Under the pieces are notes generated by a model, which made no database searches, was not told the DNA's origin, and saw only the letters and a program-made list of their open reading frames with translations. A DNA stretch of 64,000 bases from Malacoraja senta. Its lineage: Eukaryota. Below, piece by piece: positions 37,826 through 50,924 of the stretch (positions within the stretch are counted from its first letter, which is position 1; the number at the start of each line of letters is the position of its first letter). Location of the stretch: NCBI GenBank assembly GCA_038087875.1, contig JAXLNO010000548.1:126001-190000 (forward strand). Direction: 5' to 3'. A program made the position numbers and the translations under genes.

Positions 37826-38950
37826 CCTGTAAATGTAGTGTGTATTTAGATCTCCAAAAGGCATTTGCCACAAATGAGGACAAATGTGCTAACATGGACT
37901 GAAAGGTGGCAGTCATATAGAAAAACAAGTTAGAATAAATGCGTGAAAACTGAAGATGGAATAGATCTGAAAAACAAAATGCTGGGAGCACTCGGGTCAG
38001 GCTGCATCTGTAGCCAGAGAAACAGAATTCATGTTTCAAGTCAAAGACCCTTCGTCAGAACTGGGGAGGTGACAAAAGAAACTTGTAAAGCTGCACAGGT
38101 GGGTGGACGGCTCTGATAGTGTAAAACCAGGTGGCCATGGGGATAAGCTGCACACAAAGTTATCTGGTCAAGGAGTGAATAGGAGCGGTTAGGTTCTATA
38201 TAAGGAAAATAGGCAAAGATCGTAGCAGTTGCAAAATGCAGAGCAAGAAGACATGTCTAGGAAGGAACGGCAGATGCTGTATAAACCGAAGATAGACAAC
38301 GGGACAGGCTGCATCTCTGGAGAGAAGGAATGGGTGACGTTTCAGGTGGAGACGCTTTTCAGACAAGACATGTCTGGCAGGTCAGCATGGACATGCCCTC
38401 CACTTTTGGATAGAGATTTTAAAAAACAAGCCAACTCAATTATCACAAATGGACAACTGATACTAACAGAGGAATCAAGTTACCCAAGATTATCAAATTC
38501 CGTTCAAGCCCAGAGGACTGCCATGAGCCCAAATTGAAGGTGAGATGCCGTTCCCCAAGATTGCTTTGAGCCTCATTGCAACAGTGCAGGAAGTCACAGA
38601 CTGTTCATTCACTCCCACATCCAAGAGTCAGAATGAGATAACAGGAAGCTCAGGAGTGCCCCATGGATCGAACACAGGTGCTCCACAAAGTGGAAACCCA
38701 ACGCCTGTTTGGTTTCTCCAATGTAGAGGAGACCACATCGTGAACACAGGGAAAGGAGCAGAGGGGGAAAAGGAGAGACAGTGAGAGAAAGGGAAGAACA
38801 CAGTAGAGAGGGAGGGGGAGAGTTAGAGTTGAGTTTAAAGAAGGAGAGGGAAGAGGGCAAGATACTTTCCACACTTTCCTCTTCACCTCAATCTCTTTCA
38901 TCATCTCCAAGGCAGGTTTTGCTAAGTTTTGGCCTTTTACAGTTAAATAA

Positions 38951-40515
38951 CCATATAACCATATAACAATTACAGCACGGAAACAGGCCATCTCGACCCT
39001 TCTTGTCCGTGCCGAACACATATTCTCCCCTAGTCCCATATACCTGCGCTCAGACCATAACCCTCCATTCCTTTCCCGTCCATATAACTATCCAATTTAT
39101 TTTTAAATGATAGAAACGAACCTGCCTCCACCACCTTCACTGGAAGCTCATTCCACACAGCCACCACTCTCTGAGTAAAGAAGTTCCCCCTCATGTTACC
39201 CCTAAACTTCTGTCCTTTAATTCTCAAGTCATGTCCCCTTGTTTGAATCTTCCCTACTCTCAATGGGAAAAGCTTATCCACGTCAACTCTGTCTATCTCT
39301 CTCATCATTTTAAAGACCTCTATCAAGTCCCCCCTTAACCTTCTGCACTCCAAAGAATAAAGCCCTAACTTGTTCAACCTTTCTCTGTAACTTAGTTGCT
39401 GAAACCCAGGCAACATTCTAGTAAATCTCCTCTGTACTCTCTCTATTTTGTTGACATCCTTCCTATAATTAGGCGACCAAAATTGTACACCATACTCCAG
39501 AATTGGCCTCACCAATGCCTTGTACAATTTTAACATTACATCCCAACTTCTATACTCAATGCTCTGATTTATAAAAGCCAGCACACCAAAAGCTTTCTTT
39601 ACCACCCTATCTACATGAGATTCCACTTTCAGGGAACTGTCCACAGTTATTCCAAGATCCCTCTGTTCACCTGCATTCTTCAATTCCCTACCATTTACCA
39701 TGTACGTCCTATTTTGATTTGTCCTGCCAAGATGTAGCACCTCACACTTATCAGCATTAAACTCCATCTGCCATCTTTCAGCCCACTCTTCCAACCGGCA
39801 TAAATCTCTCTGTAGACTTTGAAAATCTACTTCATTATCCACAGCCCCACCTATCTTAGTATCATCTGCATACTTACTAATCCAATTTACCACACCACCA
39901 TCCAGATCATTGATGTACATGACAAACAACAGTGGACCCAACACAGATCCCTGTGGCACCCCACTAGTCACTGGCCTCCAACCTGACCAACAACCATCCA
40001 CCATTACTCTCTGGCATCTCCCATTCAGCCACTGTTGAATCCATCTTGCTACTCCACCATTAATACCCAACCATTGAACCTTCTTAACCAACCTTCCGTG
40101 AGGAACCTTGTCAAAGGCCTTACTGAAGTCCATATATACAACTTCCACGGCTTTACCCTCATCAATTTCCCGAGTAACCTCTTCAAAAAATTCAAGAAGA
40201 TTAGTCAAACATGACCTTCCAGGCACAAATCCATGTTGACTGTTCCTAATCAGCCCCTGTTTATCGAGATGCTTATATATATTATCTCTAAGTATCCTTT
40301 CCATTAATTTGCCCACCAGTGACGTCAAACTAACAGGTCTATAATTGCTAGGTTTACTCTTTAGACCCCTTTTTAAACAATGGAACAACATGCGCAGTAC
40401 GCCAATCCTCCGGCACTATTCCCGTTTCTAATGACATTTGAAATATTTCTGTCATAGCCCCTGCTATTTCTACACTAACTTCCCTCAATGTCCTAGGGAA
40501 TATCCTGTCCGGACA
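38951..40515 (-). mobile_element. CR1 LINE (distinct subfamily), 5'-truncated, long open RT
   Basis: ORF 39030-40391 with NYRPVSLTS and YADDTK; (TTATATGG)n tail. Confidence 0.95.
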
Positions 40516-40545
40516 TAAAATAAAAAACTATTTGGGAAAACTTAC

Positions 40546-40701
40546 ATCAGTCATATTTTAATTCAGTTTTCCAGAGCTTGCATGCTGGAGTCCATGTCCT
40601 TCTGTGCTGCACGTGCAGCCTGCAGCTCCAGCCGAGTCTGGCTGAGCTGCTCCTCCAGCAGCACCAGTGCAGTCAGTAGCTGCTTCTGTTCATCTGTCAA
40701 C
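40546..40701 (-). CDS. SUN2-like coiled-coil exon LTDEQKQLL..LEEQLSQTRLEL..ALEN* (stop at 40565-40563)
   Basis: atag| acceptor, |gtaagt donor; phase-2 start matches the previous exon; in-frame TGA 17 nt before the donor. Confidence 0.75.
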
Positions 40702-41254
40702 CTATATTAATAATAATCCATATAATTTTATTAGCCCAGTATGTATACATACAAGAACTTGCCTTGATGCTTTGCTTGCAAGGATAAAAACATGATATAC
40801 AGTAGACAATTAAAAATAAAACATTATAATTTAAACATGTGGAAATAAAGTACCAGATTAAAGGAGGCTACAGACTTTTGGCTGTTGAGTCGAGCTACTG
40901 CTTGTGGAAAAATACTGTTTTTATGTCTGGCTGTGGCCCAGAGAAAACCTGTCCTATACAGGACAAAGCAAGTCATCAGGGTGCAGGAGCAGAGGCAGCA
41001 CGGTGATGCAGAGTAGAGCTACGGCCTTACAGCGCCAGAGACCCGGGTTCAATCCTGACTACCGGTGTAAGAGTGATCATTGGTCTGCACGGACTCGGTG
41101 GGCCGAAGGGCCTGTTTCCACGCTGTACATCTAAACTAAAAGCCACGTTGACCTAAAAGCGACGTTGACGTTCACGCAGCAACTGACAAAGCCCCCCCCC
41201 CCCCCCCACCAAGGGTCAGCTGCTACTCCACTCCGGGCTGGAAACACTCTGTAC

Positions 41255-41298
41255 CTTTCCACAGCAGATTCCATTTCCTTCACCTTCTGCAACAACAT
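41255..41298 (-). CDS. SUN2-like exon MLLQKVKEMESAVER
   Basis: ttctattcctag| acceptor, |gtacag donor; 44 nt; phase 0 to 2. Confidence 0.75.
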
Positions 41299-42462
41299 CT
41301 AGGAATAGAAATTAAACAAAGTTTATTTCAAGTTGGGAGGCTTTTTAATTCTACTCACAGCTACTTATTTTACAACATACACGTCAAATTTACAAATATG
41401 TAATGCAGAAAAGTCACTTTTCCATACTTCATATTTCCTTATGACATAGGCCATTTCAGCCCATCAACTCATTGCCAGCTCTGCGAGAATCCCAGTCCTT
41501 CACGAATTTTCCTTGAAACTAGTTCCTCACAAATTCCCATCAATTGTCCGCAGAATCCACCATTCAATTGAAAGCAAACTTCACTGAACTGTAGCAGCTT
41601 AACACCCAGAGGATGGGAAATGCAGGGAATTCTCTGCCCAAGTGGCTACAGAGACCAGTCCTTGAGACCAGTTCAACAGCGAGGTGACTGGCCTTGATAT
41701 TACAGAATTGAGAGTATGGTGTAAAATTGTGCCGAGATAAATGGTCTGACTGAGAGGTAGAGCAGCTGAGGGGCAGCGCGGTGGTGCAGCGGTAGAGTTG
41801 CTGCCTCACAGCACCAGAGGCTCAGGTTTGATCCCGACTACGGGTACTATCTGTACGGAGTTTGTACGTTCTCCCTGTGACCTGCATGGCTTTTCTGCAG
41901 ATGCTCCGGCTTCCACCCACACTCCAAAGACATACAGGTTTGCAGGCTAATTAGCTTAGTAAAATTGTACATTGTCCCTAGTGTGTGCAGGATAGTGATA
42001 GTGTGTGTGGATCGCTGGTCAGCGCAGACTTTCCATGCTGTATCTCTAAAACAAAACAAAAAAAGACTAAAAGCAGCCATTTCAGGCAGAATGTGAAGGA
42101 TAGCTTGCCATGCTAGGACCAGAGGCCTTAGCCTCAGAATAAAAGGATGTTCCTTTGGGAAGGAGATGAGGAGGAATTTCTTTAATCAGAGGGTGGTGAA
42201 TCTGTGGAATTAACTGCCACAGTAGGCTGTGCATCTTTTTAAGGAAGAGATAGATTATTGATTAGTATGGGTGTCAGGAGTTATGGGGAGAAGGCAGGGG
42301 AATGGGGTTGAGGGTAAGATAGGTCAGCCATGATTGAATGGTGCAGTAGACTTGATGAGCCGAATGGCCTCATTCAGCTCCTATCACTTATGAACCATGA
42401 CTCTCTGTGCCCTCTCTACCCCTTCTCCCACACCAGCAGCAGCTCTCTCTCCCCGCACCCAC

Positions 42463-42540
42463 CTTGGTATTGCAACCAACTTCCCGTAATGCCGGCTCCG
42501 TCCGCTCCTCATGCATCTGCTGGATGGCGGGGATGTCAGC
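42463..42540 (-). CDS. SUN2-like exon ADIPAIQQMHEERTEPALREVGCNTK
   Basis: tttgcttccag| acceptor, |gtgggt donor; 78 nt; phase 0 to 0. Confidence 0.75.
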
Positions 42541-42844
42541 CTGGAAGCAAACACACACAGCGTTACACTCACCAGGGGCACGCACCCACCCACCCCTCCA
42601 CCTCTGTCCAACACCGAGCCAGAGCCTTTGTAGAGAGAGAATACCAAATGTGTACAGATTTGTAGGTTAATTGGCTGCGGTAAATTGCCTCTTCCATGTC
42701 AGCAAGTGGAGAATCTGGGGGGGAGGGTGGATTGAAGACAATATGGAAAGAATAAAGTTCAGTTTAGTTTAGTTTATTGTCACGTGTACAGTGAAAAGCT
42801 TCTGTGGCATGTTATCCAGTCAGCAGAAATACAATCCATGATTA

Positions 42845-43235
42845 GTAGGCCCCCTTCGGCCATGACTGACCATGGGTGATGCATCCTAGTTTGCAGGTGA
42901 TGTGTGGTCGGATGCAAGCCTGGGCGATGTCATATGGAGGACAGGCTGTTGCCCATGCAGCACGTCTCCCCTCTCCACGTCACTGATCCATCCAAAGGAA
43001 CAGCAGGGTCGTTACAGTTTGGCACCAGCTCCGTCGCAGGAGCTGCCAGAGCGAGGTTGTAGACAACAAAGAACTGCCTTAGGGGCTCCAACTCTCAAAG
43101 CCTTTTGAGGTTTACTCCAGGAGCCTTTTGCATGACTGGATATGGCCACAAGGCAGTGGAGGTTTTAAATCAGAGTTTTCCCTCTCCTAGATGGACTGCC
43201 TTCCCAGGCTGACGAGCCCCATCTGCCCGAGATTA
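42845..43235 (-). mobile_element. About 390-bp insertion resembling an RTE-clade 5' UTR (non-autonomous), nested in a LINE 3' tail (about 42759-43380, minus)
   Basis: Flanked by CATGATTA at 42837-42844 and 43236-43243; minus strand has cagcctgggaaggcagtccatctaggagagggaaaactctga. Confidence 0.5.
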
Positions 43236-43881
43236 CATGATTACAATCGGGGCATTTACAGTGTATAGATACATGATAAGAGAATAACGTTTAGTGCAAG
43301 GTAAAGATAGTAAAGTCCGATTAAATATAGTCCAAGGTCACCAATGAGGTAGATCGTAGTTCAGGACTGCTCTCTAGATGTGGTAAACTTATTCAGTCGC
43401 CAGATAACAAATGGATTAGATTAGTGTAGATGGGTGATCGATGGTCAGCGTGGACTCAGTGGGTCAAAGGGCCAGTTTTCATGCCATCTCTCTCAATGAC
43501 TATCAGGCAGGTGAAGCAACAGCTGGATTTCCTCCTGTGTCAATCACGGCTCTGCTCACCCCCCTACGGACAGACTCTACACATCACTGCAAGATACATT
43601 TATTTGTCACATGTGCCGGTTGGCACAGTGAAATGTGTGGTCACCATACAGCCATACAATCAAAAATAAGAACACAACACATGATAGAGTTCAACATAAA
43701 ACATCCCCACACAGCAGAATCAAAGTTAGCCACTGTGAGGGAAAGCACCAAAGTCAGTCATCTTCCTCTAATGTTCCCCACTGTTCACCCGTGGTCGGGG
43801 CCTCCCCGAGCCCTCCGCAGTCGCCGCTACGAGCAGGCAGGAGTGGGGGAAGAGGCCAAACTGCCAGCATTTGACACTCAC

Positions 43882-44103
43882 CTGCACCCTCTCCAGCGAC
43901 TCGAAGGGCAGCATGTTCCGAAGCTCCTCCAGTATCTGAAGGGTTACCTTGCCCAGCAGCTTGATGACGTGGGCTGGTATCAGCGGGGGAGGGAGGCGTA
44001 TGGTTTCAGACGGCTCACCGCCCCAGTCTAGCCAAGCCCGGAAGGCAGCGGTCAGCAGCTCCAGCTCCTTTTCCATTCTCTGCATTCGCACCTGCAGGCC
44101 AGC
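43882..44103 (-). CDS. SUN2-like coiled-coil exon AGLQVRMQRMEKELELLTAAF...ESLERVQ
   Basis: ctgttcctag| acceptor, |gtgagt donor; 222 nt, open; phase 0 to 0. Confidence 0.8.
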
Positions 44104-44798
44104 CTAGGAACAGAGCAAGACAGTCAGCTTGGGCAGTATGGTGATGCAGTGGTAGAGTTGCTGCCTTACAGCGCCAGAGACCCGAGTTTGATCCTGACTA
44201 CAGATGCTGCCTGTATGAAGTTTGTACGTTCTCCCCGTGACCTGCATGGGCTTTCTCCGAGATCTTTCGTTTCCTCCCACACTCCAATGATGTACTGGCT
44301 TGTAGATTAATTGGCTTAGTATTAATGTAAAATTGTCCCTAGCGTGTGTGGGATGATAGTGTTAGTGTGCGGGGATCGCTGGTCGGTGTGGACCCAGTGG
44401 GCCAAAAGGCCTGTTCCTGCGCTGTATCACTAAACTAAAGTCCATATCAACCTATAGCCATCGCCGCCCTTCAATGTGACCGTGCACCGCACATTTATTG
44501 TCAAGGCCAGGTTCCACAGCATGGAGGGGGGACACCTCCAACCTAATGCAGGCCAACTGCAGCCAAACTCTCCATCCTGCAACCCCATCAGAACCCCCAA
44601 CTCTCCACCCCATTCACTCTGCCCCCAACCCACCCCTTCCCCTCCACTTATCTCACATCTCTCCTCTATTTTACCCTCAAGTACTTTCTCCCCAGGGTGG
44701 AAATGTCAAAGACCAGAGGGTAGAGCTTGACGATAAGAGGGATAAAGTTTAAAAGGTGATAGATATTTTATACCGGGGGGGGGGGGGTTGTTTTGTTT

Positions 44799-44802
<4 letters not shown>

Positions 44803-44870
<68 letters not shown>

Positions 44871-44885
44871 CTCTCTCTCTCTCTC
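44803..44885. repeat. (TG)n plus (TC)n microsatellite
   Basis: Directly visible. Confidence 0.97.
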
Positions 44886-45938
44886 AGGTGCAGAATTAAA
44901 CGCAGTCTTGCCCCTGGGTGTCCGCTCTGGCCAACACCTCCCAACCACAGCCACAAAGCTGCAAGTCTCACTCTTCTTTCTGCCTGGGGATTGTGTGCAG
45001 TTTAGTTTAGTTTAGAGATACAGCAAGGAAACAGGCCCTTTGGCCCACCGGGTCTGCACCGACCAGCGACCCCCCTGCACTAACACTGTCCCACACACAC
45101 TAGGGACAATTTATACCCAGCCAATTAACCAACAAACCTGTACGTTTTTGGAGTGTGGGAGGAAACCAAAGATCTTGGAGAAAACCCACGCAGAGAGAAC
45201 GTACAAACTTCATTCAGACAGCAACCGTAATCAGGATTGATCCTGGGTCTCCGGTGCTGCAAGCGCTGTAAGGCAGTAACTCTACCACTATGCCACCGTG
45301 CTGCCCTTGATTCCACATTTACTGACCGGAGCAGACATCCATACCATGTGCGGTAACTGTCAAATGACAAAGATTATCCCGAGAATGCTTTGGATCAAAA
45401 TAAGTATAAGTTGGCGCATGGATTGTTCTCACGAGGGAGGTGAGCTGGCCACACAGAAGCGGGCAGCTAACGAAGGGTGTGCAAACCACACACACGGGCG
45501 GGGAGCTCAAAGCTGCACAGCACGGCTCGTGTCGAGAAACCAGCTAGCAAGCTGTCAAAATGCACAGGAGCGAACTGCAGATGCTGGTTTAAACCGGATA
45601 GACACAAAAACTGGAGTAACTCAGCGGGTCAAGTAGCATCTCCAGAGAGAAAGAATAGGTGACGTTCCGGATCGAGAATTTCCAGAAATGTCACCTATTC
45701 CATTCTCCAGTGAATCTGCCTGACCTGCTGAGTTACTCCAGCACTTAATGTCTAGCAAGTCTGTGCAATTATGCACAGTGGTCGGTTCAGTGGTGTTGTG
45801 AGCTTGGACGACTGCTCTATCTCTAAACTAAACTGAACCTGCAGAAATCAGTTAGGGCAGGCTGGAGTGGGATTCAGAGGGTGAATTCAAGGAGGTGCAC
45901 TGCCCCTGCTGCCATCCTTGGGTACTCGCTCTCTATCC

Positions 45939-46847
45939 CAGGGTGGAAATCGCTATCAAAACATGGGGGGGGGGCACAATTCCTTGGTAGCCAGGCGCAT
46001 GCGCACACAAACACACATTCGCGCACGCAAACACGCGTGGCTTTGGCCGTGGGCCCTGTGGACGGTAACATCGGGAGCTGACCTGGTTGGTGACCGACTC
46101 CGAACTCCAGCAACAGCAGCTTCGTCTGTCCCGAATCGTGGGGCTTGAATCGGCCCGTTCGCGGGGCCTTTCATCGCCCGGCGGGGGCTTCAACATCGGG
46201 AGCCTCGATCGCCTCGATGCTGCAGATTGATCTTAAGCCGCACCGGGCGATGAAAGACCCCATGAATCAGCCGATTCAGCCCTTACATAACTTCTGATAC
46301 CCTCTTGAATCTTTCAAAAGCTACAATGTGATAAATAACACTTAAACAAATAAAACTGAAGCAAATAAAGGCAAACAGAAGAAACCTTGGAGGGGGAAAA
46401 AACCCTAAATAACGTGAGTGACCTGAATGAGGGACTTACCTGCAAGCCAGCCAGGAAACCCGTTCGAACCGTTTAAATCTTTCCCATCCACCAATACGTC
46501 CAATTAGTTCAAATGGTAACTGTACCCGCATCAGATGACTTTAAGAAATTCTCCGTGAATACCTTCAGTAATACTTGAAGGTCAAAACACAATTGGTGAC
46601 ACATCGTGTTAATACGATGTTACGAGAGACCATTAACAAGCGCTTCACAGTGACACCCCCACTGCCTCGCGGAAAGCGGAGATTTTAATAGATTTTTTTT
46701 CATCAAATTTCAAAATCCGGATTACAAAACATGTAATTGGTAGGCCTCTGAGTAGTGTTGTAGAGCAGAGGGATCTAGGAGTGCAGGTGCCCCCACCTCT
46801 CAAAACATGGGGGTCGTGACCCACCCCCCCCGGGAATTCCGCCCATG
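45939..46847. mobile_element. Non-autonomous hAT-like element
   Basis: Imperfect TIRs CAGGGTGGAAATC / rc CATGGGCGGAATTC; 8-bp TSD ctctatcc (45931-45938) vs ctctctcc (46848-46855); caaaacatggggg near both ends. Confidence 0.7.
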
Positions 46848-47804
46848 CTCTCTCCCACCCTTCCCTTTCAGATCTGCAAAGCACATGCCACTAGCTGCAC
46901 TACTGTTGCGGCCTATTTACATGCCATTACCACTGCAAGCATCAGCTGCATCAGAAGGACAGGCCTCCAGTGTAAGTGAACGGGCAACCAGACAAAGGCA
47001 CAGTGAGAAGCCGGGAGGGATGGCTGATTGAAGCCCATCCACAATAGACAAGGAGGGAGGGTCAGCCAAATGTATTCGGTATTGTGATTGGCAAGTGGGA
47101 TGGTGTATTGAAGTGTATTGGCAGGGAGGACAGCCTATTCTCATCGACAGGATGGCCGATTAGGTCAGACTTGGCTGCGGAAGTACGAAGAACAACTTGC
47201 AACCCACTAAAACCCACACATGGAATTTTAAAATGCATTTTAAGCTTCTACTGCTGTGGAAGAGTTTCAGTGAATGCCAAGATCCACCAGGTACTCACTG
47301 GTTTCTGACACTCTGAAAAGACATTTGGACAGAAATATTGACAAAAGGGTTTAGAGGACTGTGGGCCAAATGAGCCCAGTTTGCAAACTTGCTTCGCAAG
47401 GCCAACTAACAACATGTTGCATGACTACAACACCATGAGTATCCTGGAGTCCCAGGGATGGACATGATCGTGCCGAGGACCTCCTGTGATTGTGCAAGTT
47501 ACTGGGTCGCTGGTGGCTGTACCAGAATGTGGGAAAGGGGTGAATGGACTACGAGGGATCCTGCAGCCAGGGCAGCTCCAGGGTAATAAGGTCATAAGTG
47601 ATAGGAGCAGAATTAGGCCATTCAGCCCATCTACTCCACCATTCAATCATGGCTGATCTATCTCTCCCTCCTAACCGCATTCTCCTGCCTTCTCCCCATA
47701 ACCCCCGACACCCGGGCTGCTCATGGGCAGCCGTGACCTGCGGAGATGAAGGGCTCCAGGAGGAAGAGCGAGAGTGCACAAGGATGGGACAGTCAGGGGC
47801 TCAC

Positions 47805-47878
47805 CTGAGTGCTTTCCAGCGCGCCCAGCTTCTCGGCACGAGAACAGATACCTCTGGATGACATCAAGAGGCCAATAC
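47805..47878 (-). CDS. SUN2-like exon GIGLLMSSRGICSRAEKLGALESTQ
   Basis: ctctgcag| acceptor, |gtgagc donor; 74 nt; phase 1 to 0. Confidence 0.72.
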
Positions 47879-47959
47879 CTGCAGAGGCAGAAAGGTTGCA
47901 CTGAAGCAAGCAACATTCAAAGTATGCAGTCGCCTCAGTCCGCTCAAAGTTGCCAAACA

Positions 47960-48300
47960 CTTTAATTCCCCTTCCCACACTTAACCTTTCTGTCCTGGGC
48001 CTCCTCCATTGTCAGAGTGAGGCCAAACACAAATTGGAGGAACAACATCTCATATTTTGCTTGTTTCTTTTATCATAGTTACATTTTTGCATATCTTTCA
48101 TTCATTTGTTCTATATCTCTCTACATCACCATCTATATCTCTCATTTCCCTTCCCCCCCGACTCTCAGTCTGAAGAAGGGTCTCGACACTAAAAGTCACC
48201 TATTTCTTTTCTCTAGAGATTCTGTCTGACCCGCTGAGTTCCTCCAGCATTTTGTGTTTATCTTTGGTGTAAACCAGCATCTGCAGTTCCTTCCCACACA
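47960..48300 (+). mobile_element. Penelope-like 3' end
   Basis: HKLEEQHLIF motif, then a terminal repeat with a degenerate hammerhead core at 48170-48200. Confidence 0.78.
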
Positions 48301-49749
48301 TTAACCTTTGCTTTTTATCACAAATCTAATTTTGGTTCCAATGTACCACTCACCTTTTACCTTTTGACCAGCCTGCCATATGGGACCTTGCCAAAAACCT
48401 CACTGAAAACCATAGTCTCCATGAAACATGCTGCCTTTATCAATTCTTTGTCACCAACTCAAACAATGTAACCATCAGTCAGACAAGGTCTTCCTACAAG
48501 AACTCCATCCTGACAATCTCTCCTTAACTCAACTTTTAAACAATAGACAATAGGTGCAGGAGTAGGCCATTCGAGCCAACACCGCCATTCAATATGATCA
48601 TGGCTGATCATCCACAATCAGTACCCTGTTCCTGCCTTCTCACCATATCCATTGACTCCACTATCTTTAAGAGCTCTATCTAACTCTCTTGAAAGCATCC
48701 AGAGAATTGGCATCCACTAGCAAGAATGTCCTACCTCAAATTTGGAGACCAAAACTGCTCACAACACTCCAGGTGTGGTCTCACTAGGGCCCCGTACAAC
48801 TGCAGAAGGAACTCTTTGCTCCTATACTCATCTCCTCTTGTTATGAAGGCCAACATGCCATTAGCTTTCTTCACTGCCTGCTGTACCTGCATGCTTACTC
48901 TCAGTTCTAAAAATCATTCACTTCTAAATGAATTTTATACCATGTTGAATCTATTCCAATAATTTGTCCTCCAAATGGCCTGTAATTACTTGGGCTCTCC
49001 CATGCTCCCCTTTTAAACAACCGTATGTTAGTAATCTAATCCTCCAGTATTACTCCTGCAACCAGGAAGAATCAAAATATCACGGTCGGAGCATCTATAA
49101 TTTCTTCCCTGGCTCCCTTCAACATCCTGGGATACATTTCATCCGAACCTGGTAAGTTACCCATTGACTAAAATGATCGACCCTTGATGCCATCAACTAA
49201 CGTATCTGCTTCCACCATTATACCAGGAAGCACGTTCCAGACACCCACCACCTTTAAAAAACAATTTTGGGGCCATATCTCCTTTAAACATCGTCACTCT
49301 CACCTGAAAGCTCTGCCCTCTAGCCTTTGACATTTTCCCCTCGATGGAATCCTTGCATCAAGTGGAGCCACACTCCTCCATTGGATTTTCCAGCCTTTCT
49401 TTCCTCTTCCCCCAAACACTCACTAACTTCATGTCCTCATTCCCTGTTCTGCCCATCTCCCCCACAAATCTTGGCACAAATTTCCTTCGAAACCAAACCA
49501 TATCAACCCATCCAAACGGCGTTAGCAAACCCATCGAGGAGATTGGTCTCAGCCTCGAGGTGCCACCTGCCCTCAGTGCCAGTGCCTGAGGAATATACAG
49601 CCCTCCCTCCTGCATCATCACTCCCCTACTCATCACACACACTCCATTCGCACACCTACACTCACTGTACCAGCTACTGGGAGCAATCTGGAGATTAGCA
49701 TCTTTGCACGCGTTAGAACAGCGAGATTATCAAATACAAGCACCCTGAT

Positions 49750-50362
49750 AAAAGAATATAAAGACAGGGATGTAACACTGAGGCTTTATAAGGCACTGGC
49801 CAGACCACATTTGGAGTATTGTGAGCGTTTAGGCTCCACATCTGAAGAAGGAAATGCTGGCATTGGAGAGGGTCCAGAGGAGGTTTACGAGAATGATCCC
49901 AGGAATGAGTGGGTTGACATGTGATGAGCATTTGTAGATACTGGGCCTGTACTCACTGGACCTGTACTCGCTGTAGGATGAGGAGGGACTTCATTGAAAC
50001 ATGCCGAATAGTGAAAGGCCTGGATAGAGTGGATGTGGAGAGGATGTTTCCACCAGTGGGAGAGTTTAGGACCATAGCCATAGAACAAAACCACGCACCT
50101 TTAGAAAAGGGACGAGGTGGAATTTCTTTAGTTAGGGAGTGATGAATCTGTGAAATTCATTGCCACAGACGGCTGAGGAGGCCAAGACAATGGGTATTTT
50201 TAAGGTGGAGATTGATAAGATTCTTGATTAGTAACCGGTGTCGGAGGTTATGGGGACAGGCAGGAGAATGGGGTTGAGAGGGAAAGATAGATCAGCCATG
50301 ATTGAATAGTGGAGTAGACTTGATGGGCCAAATGGACTAAATCTGCTCCTATAATTTATGAA
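49750..50362 (+). mobile_element. Older degenerate CR1 3' portion
   Basis: LYKALARPHLEYC and CR1 3' UTR. Similar old fragments at about 20650-20995, 23930-24140(-), 28520-29080, 42110-42395 and 48540-48905(-). Confidence 0.8.
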
Positions 50363-50668
50363 CAATATAACACAACCTCAATTCAGCTGCTTGGACCTCA
50401 CTCTCTAATTCCAACAAGAACCTTGGGCTCGGGATACTCAGTTGACACTATAAATTCACCAGTGTTGTTCTGTCAAACAGACTGTTAAATACAGCCCAGG
50501 GCCCACCCCAATCCCTCCCTCCACCTTTAATCCTTTACTCTCAACTTGACTGTTTCTCCTCATGCTTTGCCTCAACTGCTCGAGCCCTCAGTGAAGATTT
50601 TCTCTTTATATTGTCTTGCAGACATCAATGATCGATGAAGTGAAATGTGAAATGGAGCAGGTCCTTAC

Positions 50669-50721
50669 CCAGTAATGCCAGCAACACCAGCAGCATCCAC
50701 TTCTTCACGTGAGGGACACAC
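50669..50721 (-). CDS. SUN2-like exon CVPHVKKWMLLVLLALLG (transmembrane)
   Basis: tttcccctccag| acceptor, |gtaagg donor; 53 nt; phase 2 to 1. Confidence 0.75.
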
Positions 50722-50924
50722 CTGGAGGGGAAACACACACAAGTCAGCCGGCTATTAAACCCAACCCTGTCTCAAGCGAGATGGATACAAAAAGCTGTCG
50801 TAACTCAGTGGGTCGGGCAGCATGTCTGGAGTCTGAAGAAGGGCGTTGTCCTGAAATGTCACCCATTCCTTCTCTCCAGAGACGCCATGGACCCACGCTG
50901 CTGACAGACCGTCAGTCCACACAC

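Noticed and set aside
41671..41751. Alternative candidate for the short exon between 43882 and 41298
   Set aside because: Poor donor (gtctca); 42463-42540 has strong sites and the expected 78-nt size.
40546..50721. Tetherin/BST2-like interpretation of the TM plus coiled-coil exons
   Set aside because: No C-terminal GPI-type hydrophobic signal seen; exon series and peptides fit SUN2 better. Not formally excluded without a search.
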